A DNA stretch of 25,807 bases from a virus (Duplodnaviria; Caudoviricetes): IMG/VR virus record IMGVR_UViG_3300017774_001882, positions 1 through 25,807 of that record; one strand, 5' to 3'. The notes beneath the pieces were generated by a model. That model saw nothing but the letters and a program-made list of their open reading frames with translations, was not told where the DNA came from and made no database searches. Below are positions 18,895 through 25,807 of this stretch, one piece after another. Positions within the stretch are counted from its first letter, which is position 1. Every line of letters begins with the position of its first letter. The translations under genes and the position numbers were made by a program.

Positions 18895-18904
18895 TTAAAA
18901 TAGT

Positions 18905-21352
18905 ATGGCAATTACATTTAGAACAGGACTAGGAAGAGCACTTTATCATTCAGAAATGGATGCCAACTTTTCATCTCTATTTTATTCAAGTTCCCTTCAC
19001 AATAGTGGTGCAACCTTAAGACTTTGGTTTGATAACGGAACAGCAGCAGATACCTACCAAGAAATAAACCTATCAGGAGCAGGTACATCAATTTCTATTG
19101 CCGGAAACACCAATAATAATATACTAACAGCAACGGGATTAACCTCTGGTATAAATGGAGAGTCTAATTTTACTTACGACTCTATTAGTAAGATCTTAGG
19201 GTTAACAGGTAGGCTTGTTATGACAACAGGAGCTTCCGAGTTTAATGTCTTTATAGGATCTGCAGGACCAGATGCACCATATAATGTTGGAGTAACAAAT
19301 AACGTATTAATAGGAGCAGGAGTAGGTATAAGTTTAACAGGAGGTTCAAATACAGCGTTAGGAGCAGGAGCAATACCAGCAGCAGTAGGAAGTAGCAATA
19401 CAGTAGCAGTTGGTAGAAATACACTTGCAAATCTAGGAAGCGGTAATAGTAATACAGCAATAGGTCACGCGGCAGGTTATAATAATACAGCAGGTAGCGG
19501 TAACGTTTATATAGGTAAAGATGCAGGTAAGGGCTCAACAGGAGGAGAAGATAATCAACTATATATTGCAAATGCAGCTGGAACACCTTTAATCTCTGGT
19601 AATTTCTCTACAGGTCAGATAATGATTCAAGGAGGAACAGGGGGAATAACGGCATCTTTTAAAGGAGACGGTTCAGGACTAACAGGTGTAGGAGCATTTC
19701 CATATACAGGTTCAGCTATTATAAAAGGTACTTTACTTATAACAGGTTCAAATAGTGTACCTCAAACATTACTAGTATCGGGCGGTATATTTACATCAGG
19801 AAGTACATCTAAAATATCAGGATCATTCTCAGGATCATTCTATGGTGACGGGTCAAACCTAACAGGAGTACCAGCTTCAACTTGGAATGGTATAAGAAAT
19901 CCAGATGCACAGATAACAGGATCTATTAGATTTACAGGTTCATTAGACCTTTCAGGGTCAATGACAATATCTGGATCATTTTTAAGAATGACAGGTTCTT
20001 TACTTATATCTTCAGGATCACATAGAATATCGGGATCAATTACTGCAGCTTCAAATATTACAATACATAATCCATCACAAACCTCTATAGGGATAGGTAG
20101 TGGATCATTAGGATTTGGAACAGCAACTCCTAATGTACAACTAAACAATACCGTAATAGGGTATACTGCAGGACTAAATTCTGCAGGAGCACAGAGTACA
20201 ATAGTAGGAAGTGAAGCAGGACGGGTTGCAGGAAATTCAACAGTATATGTAGGGTATTATGCAGGAAGAACACAAACAGGATTTAGTAATACAGCAGTAG
20301 GGCAAAATGCTCTACAACAGGGTACTTCAACCAACACTGTAGCTATTGGAGCATTTGCATTACAAAACAGCCAACAAGGAGGCAGTGATGTAGCTATTGG
20401 ATCATATGCACTAGGTGGAAACATATACGGAGGATCTAATACAGCAGTAGGGTTTGAGGCAGGAAAGAATTTTAACTACGGAAGTAGTAATGTCTTTATA
20501 GGTTACCGTGCAGGACCAGCTAGCTTTACAAATATGAGTAATCAGCTATATATTGCTAATAACTCAGGAACACCTTTAATATCAGGTAATTTCTCTACAG
20601 GTCAAATAATGATACAAGGAGGAACAGGAGGTATAACAGCTTCTTTTAATGGTAATGGATCAGGATTAACAAATGTAAACCCTTTCCCTTTTACAGGTTC
20701 AGCTATTATAAAAGGTACGCTAACCATAACAGGTTCAAATAGCGTACCACAAACCCTTCTAGTGTCAGGGGGAATATTTACATCAGGAAGTACTTCAAGC
20801 ATATCAGGTTCATTTTCAGGTTCATTTTACGGTGATGGATCAAATTTAACAGGAATACCGGGTTCAACTTGGAACGGTGTAAGAAACGGTAACGCTCAAA
20901 TAACAGGATCGTTAAGAGTATCAGGAAGTATAAGAGCACTCGGTACAGTATCAATAAGCTCAGGAAGTTTACTTAATAGACCAGGGGTAGAGTTTATACA
21001 TATTTATGAAAGTACTGATCAAGATACAGTACTATACAGATTTCCTTACGGAGCAGGAAAGTATACAGGCCTTAAAATGGACTATGCAGCATCATCGGTT
21101 AACGGGTCAGGAAATCCTAGTAGAGTAGGTACTTTTATGACAACATGGGATGAAGGTGGAGATTATTCCGAAGGCGGAGTTGATACTAGTGCAGGTTTAG
21201 TAGCATTCGCACCTGCTGGAAACCACGACCCAGTATACCCAGCGTTCTTTGCAACACGCAACGGTACTGAAGTAGAGCTACGTGTGAAACGATCTGGAAA
21301 TGATATAGAGATTAACGCAGTGATAACAGCATTTAAGCGATCAATAGTATAA
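18905..21352 (+). CDS. Tail fibre protein 2 with YadA-head-like repeats and an internal duplication
   Basis: N-terminus paralogous to fibre 1; about 14-aa NTAIG/NTAVG repeats; GDGSxLTG and SGS/TGS repeats. Confidence 0.8.
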   Translation: MAITFRTGLGRALYHSEMDANFSSLFYSSSLHNSGATLRLWFDNGTAADTYQEINLSGAGTSISIAGNTNNNILTATGLTSGINGESNFTYDSISKILGLTGRLVMTTGASEFNVFIGSAGPDAPYNVGVTNNVLIGAGVGISLTGGSNTALGAGAIPAAVGSSNTVAVGRNTLANLGSGNSNTAIGHAAGYNNTAGSGNVYIGKDAGKGSTGGEDNQLYIANAAGTPLISGNFSTGQIMIQGGTGGITASFKGDGSGLTGVGAFPYTGSAIIKGTLLITGSNSVPQTLLVSGGIFTSGSTSKISGSFSGSFYGDGSNLTGVPASTWNGIRNPDAQITGSIRFTGSLDLSGSMTISGSFLRMTGSLLISSGSHRISGSITAASNITIHNPSQTSIGIGSGSLGFGTATPNVQLNNTVIGYTAGLNSAGAQSTIVGSEAGRVAGNSTVYVGYYAGRTQTGFSNTAVGQNALQQGTSTNTVAIGAFALQNSQQGGSDVAIGSYALGGNIYGGSNTAVGFEAGKNFNYGSSNVFIGYRAGPASFTNMSNQLYIANNSGTPLISGNFSTGQIMIQGGTGGITASFNGNGSGLTNVNPFPFTGSAIIKGTLTITGSNSVPQTLLVSGGIFTSGSTSSISGSFSGSFYGDGSNLTGIPGSTWNGVRNGNAQITGSLRVSGSIRALGTVSISSGSLLNRPGVEFIHIYESTDQDTVLYRFPYGAGKYTGLKMDYAASSVNGSGNPSRVGTFMTTWDEGGDYSEGGVDTSAGLVAFAPAGNHDPVYPAFFATRNGTEVELRVKRSGNDIEINAVITAFKRSIV
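19553..19924 (+). repeat. Copy 1 of a 372-nt (124-aa) intragenic duplication
   Basis: NQLYIAN...AQITGS aligns without gaps to 20540-20911; 15 amino-acid differences by hand count. Confidence 0.95.
20540..20911 (+). repeat. Copy 2 of the 372-nt intragenic duplication
   Basis: Offset 987 nt from copy 1, same frame. Confidence 0.95.
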
Positions 21353-21371
21353 AAGAAAATAAAGTAATAAT

Positions 21372-24300
21372 ATGGACAGCAAATACAAAATAAGTAGTGA
21401 TTTAGCCATAAGTGGGTCTTTGACAATATCCCAATCACTTATAGTAAGTCAATCTATTACAGCAATATCCTTTATCGGAGACGGTTCAGGATTAACATAT
21501 GTTACTGCTTCCATAGCATGGGATGGTAATAGAAACGGAAATGCAGCAATAACAGGATCACTAACTGTTAGTAGCAGTATTACTGCTTCTATCATTTCAG
21601 GATCATTTACAGGAAACGGTGCAAACCTGACAAACCTTAACCTAAACGGTATGCAAGCTTCTGGAAGTACCCTTACAGGTTCATTCTCAGGATCATTTAC
21701 AGGAAACGGTTCAGGATTAACAGGTGTTGCTTCAACAGGTTCTTTCAATACCTTTACAGGATCGTTTAACACAGGTTCTTTTACTGGATCATTTACAGGT
21801 GTTTTTACAGGAAACGGTTCAGGATTAACAAACGTATCTTCATGGAATGGTACATTAACCGGTTCAGCACAAATAACAGGATCACTTACAGTATCAGGTT
21901 CTTCACCAATTATAAGACTACAAGGAGATACATTTATAGATGAATCTATTTTAATCTCTAACAGAGGTGATGGTTCTTCTATATTAATAGGATCTAGAAG
22001 TTTAGGAGAATCAACTCAAACAAGAAGAAGTATAGTAATTGGATCAGGATCAGGAGAAGCTTTAGTATCTGGATCTCAAAACATCTTTATTGGTAATAAT
22101 GCAGGAGCTGTAGCACAAAAAGTACAGAATACAATTGCAATAGGTAATAGAGCTCTTACAAGTTTCTTAGGAAGTGATACAGGAAATCCAACTACAGTAT
22201 CTGATAACATAGCAATTGGAACAGATGCATTAAGACTAAACGTATTAGGTGCAAACAATATATCAATCGGTACACAAGCATTAAACAATCTTACATCAGG
22301 AAATAGTAATACAGCAATAGGGCACCAAGCAGGTAGATATTCAGATGCAGCTTCAACAGGAAACGTATATATTGGATACCAAGCAGGACCAACAGCAAGC
22401 TTACAGGAAAGTAATACACTATACATTGGCAATACAGGAGGTATTCCTTTAATAAAAGGGAACTTTTTATACAATCAAGTAGAGATAGCAGGAGGAGTAA
22501 CATCTTCATTTTCTGGATCATTCTACGGAGATGGTTCAAATATAACTGGAATTGTTTCACCAACAGCAATATCTGCTTCTTATGGACTTACATCTTCATA
22601 TGCAGAGTATGCTCAAACAGCTTCATATGTAGAGAATGCAGTATCTGCTTCTTATATTAGCGGCAGTGTAGCAACATCTACATCTGCTTCTTACTCTAAC
22701 ACAGCAACATCAGCATCACTTGCTAATACAGCATCTTACGCAATAAACGCCGGAACAGCATCAATAGCTACTACAGCAGCAACAGCATCATACGTAGTAA
22801 CTGCTTTAACAGCATCATATGTAGTAAACGCAATTTCTGCTTCCTATATAGCAACTGCTTCTCATGCATTAACTGCACTATCTGCCTCTTACGTAGCAAC
22901 AGCAAATTCAGCTTCATCAGCCGGATTAGCAACTTCTGCATCATTTATAAAAGTAACAGATCGTACAACAGGAACAGGACCTTACTATCCATTATTTGCA
23001 AACGGAACAGACTATAGATCAGCAGAAATAGATAGTGCATTGTTCTCTTATAATGCAGATACAAATACACTATCTGTAACAGCTTCAAGAGCAGTAACAG
23101 CTTCACTTGCTTTATCAGCATCTTTAGCAACAAATGCTACTAATGCTACAAATGTAACTATAACAGATATAACAACTTCAGGAGGAGGTCCATGGTATCC
23201 AACATTTGTCGTTAGTAACACAGGCAACACAGGTATTTCAGTTGACAGTAATGCATTTTATTATACTCCAACTACAAATACATTAACAGTAACAGCTTCT
23301 TACGCTACTCAAGCACTATCTGCTTCATATGCACCAGGAGGAGGTTCTGCTTTCCCTTATACAGGAAGTGCTATAATTACAGGATCATTAGGAGTAACAG
23401 GATCAGTAAATGTAAATATACCAGCAATATCTGGAAGAGAAACACTATTTACAGGGATGGTGAGCGATAATGCAGTAGATAAATTCCAGATTGCAAATTC
23501 AACAAATGTTGCTTTAAGATTTGGACCAACTTTTATTGGATACACAGGAGGAGCTTACACAGGATTAGCTTTTAGAGGACTAGGGGATAGTACTAACGAT
23601 ATAAGCACAACCTCTGCCTATGTTGCTTTCTTAGCAGCAAATACAGATAATTCGACTGATCCTAACAACGGAACACTAACAGCACCAGTAGGTAGGGATT
23701 TATTCTCTTTTGGTACAACAGGTACTACTCATTTAACAATGAAAGCTGGAGGTAGAGTACTTATAGGTACAACAGTTGATAACGGTACCGGTAGATTACA
23801 AATAACAGGAACAACACAACTAAACGGTGATACTACTATAACAGGATCATTAAATATAACACAAGGAATAACAGCTTCATACTTCTCAGGAGATGGTTCT
23901 GCTTTAACAGGGGTAACAAGTACTCCTATTGCTTGGTTAGAATCTTACAGCCCTTTTAAAAATGTTTGGAATAACGGATTTGGTAATATAGCAACAAATA
24001 CATCATTTGGTGATACTGCTCTATCTAAGACAACCGGTGCTGGTGGAAATACAGCAATTGGGTACAGTGCTATGTACCTTGCCTCAATTGGATATGGAAA
24101 TACTGCATTAGGTGAAAGTGCTCTTTATCAGCACAGTGGAAGTAACAATGTTGGAATAGGACAAAACGCACTAAAGCTTGCCACAGAAGGGTTCGGCAAT
24201 ACTGGAATTGGTAATTCTGTTCTTTATAAAATATCAGGTTCATACAACACTGCTTTAGGTCATAGTGCCGGAGCTTATGCTTCAGGAAGCGGTAATCTAT

Positions 24301-24554
24301 ACCTAGGTGCTAGTGCAGGTTCTGCAACAGATGTTATTGAAAATTCTAAACTATACATAGCATCAGGATCAGGTACACCCTTAATTGGAGGTGATTTTGC
24401 TTCAGGCTCAGTAACAATTAACAATATACTAACACTTGCACCTAGAGCAACAACACCAGCTTCTCCAATAGAAGGAATGATAATAGCATCAGGCTCAGCA
24501 GGATCTAGTAAAGTATACTACTACAACGGAACAACTTGGAATGCATTATTCTAA
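21372..24554 (+). CDS. Tail fibre / long filament protein 3 (TGSF repeats, two YadA-like blocks, TASY stalk)
   Basis: 1060 aa, G/S/T/A-rich; NTAIG repeats, AxTASY repeats, GRVLIGTT and a C-terminal YYYNGTTW. Confidence 0.8.
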   Translation: MDSKYKISSDLAISGSLTISQSLIVSQSITAISFIGDGSGLTYVTASIAWDGNRNGNAAITGSLTVSSSITASIISGSFTGNGANLTNLNLNGMQASGSTLTGSFSGSFTGNGSGLTGVASTGSFNTFTGSFNTGSFTGSFTGVFTGNGSGLTNVSSWNGTLTGSAQITGSLTVSGSSPIIRLQGDTFIDESILISNRGDGSSILIGSRSLGESTQTRRSIVIGSGSGEALVSGSQNIFIGNNAGAVAQKVQNTIAIGNRALTSFLGSDTGNPTTVSDNIAIGTDALRLNVLGANNISIGTQALNNLTSGNSNTAIGHQAGRYSDAASTGNVYIGYQAGPTASLQESNTLYIGNTGGIPLIKGNFLYNQVEIAGGVTSSFSGSFYGDGSNITGIVSPTAISASYGLTSSYAEYAQTASYVENAVSASYISGSVATSTSASYSNTATSASLANTASYAINAGTASIATTAATASYVVTALTASYVVNAISASYIATASHALTALSASYVATANSASSAGLATSASFIKVTDRTTGTGPYYPLFANGTDYRSAEIDSALFSYNADTNTLSVTASRAVTASLALSASLATNATNATNVTITDITTSGGGPWYPTFVVSNTGNTGISVDSNAFYYTPTTNTLTVTASYATQALSASYAPGGGSAFPYTGSAIITGSLGVTGSVNVNIPAISGRETLFTGMVSDNAVDKFQIANSTNVALRFGPTFIGYTGGAYTGLAFRGLGDSTNDISTTSAYVAFLAANTDNSTDPNNGTLTAPVGRDLFSFGTTGTTHLTMKAGGRVLIGTTVDNGTGRLQITGTTQLNGDTTITGSLNITQGITASYFSGDGSALTGVTSTPIAWLESYSPFKNVWNNGFGNIATNTSFGDTALSKTTGAGGNTAIGYSAMYLASIGYGNTALGESALYQHSGSNNVGIGQNALKLATEGFGNTGIGNSVLYKISGSYNTALGHSAGAYASGSGNLYLGASAGSATDVIENSKLYIASGSGTPLIGGDFASGSVTINNILTLAPRATTPASPIEGMIIASGSAGSSKVYYYNGTTWNALF
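21597..21830 (+). repeat. Short direct repeats encoding SGSFTGNGSGLT / TGSF
   Basis: tcaggatcatttacaggaaacggt at 21597-21620 and 21687-21710; tttacaggaaacggttcaggattaaca at 21696-21722 and 21804-21830. Confidence 0.9.
22566..22946 (+). repeat. Degenerate coding tandem repeat A-x-[ST]-A-S-Y (mostly 6-9 aa period)
   Basis: AISASY, AQTASY, AVSASY, ANTASY, ATASY, ALTASY, AISASY and ALSASY in series. Confidence 0.85.
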
Positions 24555-24569
24555 TAAAACAAAATAAAA

Positions 24570-25007
24570 ATGTGGTTATATCAAAACAAAGAAATTAAAG
24601 AACTATCAGATATGCCCGGAGACAACTTCGGGTTTATCTATGAAGTAACACATCTACCAACCGGTAGAAAATACTTAGGAAAGAAACAACTTATTTCTGT
24701 TACAAAAAAAGCTTTAGGTAAAAAAGAATTAGCTTTAATAACAGATAAAAGAGCTAGTAAATCTAAAATAGTTAGAAAAGAATCTGATTGGAAAACCTAT
24801 TACGGTTCACACTTAGAAATAAAAGGCTTAATAAAAGAGGGTAAACAGTCGGAATTCTCAAGAGAAATTCTTATCTTTACTCCAAATAAAAAGCTACATA
24901 CATACTATGAAAACAAATTCCTATTTATAAAAGGAGTAATAGAGCCAGATTCCAACTATATAAACGATAATATAGAAGGAAGATATTTTAGAAAAGATTT
25001 CTTATGA
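24570..25007 (+). CDS. Stand-alone GIY-YIG-superfamily nuclease-like protein
   Basis: GFIYEVTHLPTGRKYLGKK (GIY/YIG), YYGS, FSREIL, YYE and YIN; no appended DNA-binding repeats. Confidence 0.75.
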   Translation: MWLYQNKEIKELSDMPGDNFGFIYEVTHLPTGRKYLGKKQLISVTKKALGKKELALITDKRASKSKIVRKESDWKTYYGSHLEIKGLIKEGKQSEFSREILIFTPNKKLHTYYENKFLFIKGVIEPDSNYINDNIEGRYFRKDFL

Positions 25008-25705
25008 TAAGATTACAAGAAATAGTTGGATTACCAAACCTTCAGTACCACTTAGATAATGATCTAACACTATCTGAATGTGTCTACAGGTACTCCTCTA
25101 ACTCGTTTATACAATTGTTTGCTGAAGCAAGACAAGCCTTTAGAGACGGTAAAATTGTGTTAAGTGAACAAGATATTCTACTACTAGAAACAACCGATAT
25201 TGGAGAATACGGAATGTATGAAGGACAAAAAGTACCTTTAGACCTTCCAATGGTTGATGAAGAAGTAGGTCAAGAGATTATCTGTAAAAAATGTAAACAC
25301 GATTGGGAGACAACACCTGAAGATGATAACCCAGCCCTTTGTCATAAATGCGGGTATGATAATCAAAAAAATGTATACGATATAGAAGCATTTGAAGCCT
25401 GGAAAAGTCTTCAAGAGGCAGAATATAGAGGAAAAGATGTACCCTTAAACAAACCAAAAAGAGGAGGATCTAAAAAATTCTACGTTTATACTAAAAATAA
25501 AAAAGGAAATGTAGTAAAAGTATCTTTTGGAGGTACAACAGGGTTGAATGTTAAGATAGATGAACCAGGAGCCAGAAGTTCTTTTGCTGCTCGTCATCAA
25601 TGTGACACTAAAAAAGATAAAACAAAACCAGGATACTGGGCATGTAATATCGGAAGGTATTGGAAATCTTTAGGAGGTAGTAGAAATTTTAGCGGGTACT
25701 GGTAA
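25004..25705 (+). CDS. Phage protein with acidic N-domain, CxxC-CxxC zinc ribbon and basic RxSFxARHxC/YWxC C-domain
   Basis: CKKC...CHKC; KKFYVY..VVKVSFG..ARSSFAARHQC..PGYWAC; ATGA overlap with the upstream gene. Confidence 0.7.
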   Translation: MIRLQEIVGLPNLQYHLDNDLTLSECVYRYSSNSFIQLFAEARQAFRDGKIVLSEQDILLLETTDIGEYGMYEGQKVPLDLPMVDEEVGQEIICKKCKHDWETTPEDDNPALCHKCGYDNQKNVYDIEAFEAWKSLQEAEYRGKDVPLNKPKRGGSKKFYVYTKNKKGNVVKVSFGGTTGLNVKIDEPGARSSFAARHQCDTKKDKTKPGYWACNIGRYWKSLGGSRNFSGYW

Positions 25706-25706
25706 T

Positions 25707-25807
25707 ATGAGACCTTACTTTGAACTAGAGACCTCAGAGTATCTTTATAGAAAATTTACAGAGGATACACCAGAAGAAGAATTTGTGTGGCATAGAGATG
25801 AAAACGA
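25707..25807 (+). CDS. 5' part of a small WHRD-motif (cupin-like) phage protein, truncated by the window edge
   Basis: Hand translation: MRPYFELETSEYLYRKFTEDTPEEEFVWHRDEN..., open to the end; starts 1 nt after the upstream stop. Confidence 0.65.
   Translation, partial: MRPYFELETSEYLYRKFTEDTPEEEFVWHRDEN

Noticed and set aside
21597-22946. CRISPR array or ice-nucleation/antifreeze repeats
   Set aside because: The repeats are in-frame, degenerate and lack unique spacers; they do not show the INP AGYGSTxT 16-mer or regular TxT ladders.
603-23545. All minus-strand ORFs of 60-132 aa in the ORF track
   Set aside because: Each lies antisense to long + strand genes, has no recognisable motif, and mirrors the G/S/T codon repeats (P/D/E/V-rich or Leu-rich shadows).
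12866-24569. Intrinsic terminators in intergenic gaps
   Set aside because: The gaps are short and AT-rich, with no convincing stem-loop plus U-tract.
24570-25007. Mobile homing endonuclease or intron
   Set aside because: No NUMOD/HTH DNA-binding tail, no interrupted host gene, and no flanking space for an intron structure.
1-25807. Genome-wide stop-codon recoding (code 15 or code 4)
   Set aside because: Standard code 11 already gives near-complete coding density with uninterrupted multi-kb ORFs.

Overview
AT-rich, gene-dense segment of a large contractile-tailed (myovirus-type, distantly T4-like) bacteriophage genome, with every credible gene on the + strand and many translationally coupled. 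Left end: a short unit (57-aa ORF, YhaM-type HD hydrolase, membrane-anchored protein, phage sigma factor) behind a promoter that looks Bacteroidota-type. It is followed by about 22.5 kb of baseplate and fibre genes: gp5-like spike, coiled-coil partner, gp25, gp6/J-like wedge, DNRLRE-like protein, 1374-aa gp7/tail-I-like protein, three collar/attachment proteins, and three large modular fibres with YadA-like, TGSF and TASY repeats. Right end: a stand-alone GIY-YIG-like protein, a Zn-ribbon/basic-domain protein and a truncated WHRD cupin-like gene. Promoter shape, missing Shine-Dalgarno sites and SprB-like modules suggest a Bacteroidota host (inference). The main leads are a candidate sigma/TATTTAT late-promoter pair, a pervasive [ST]-[GAS]-S tripeptide concentrated in outer virion proteins, a tail-collar domain apparently split over three genes, and a lone in-frame TAG-ATG junction. 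All family calls come from motif recognition by eye; no searches were run. No tRNA, rRNA, CRISPR array, integrase or reverse transcriptase was seen.
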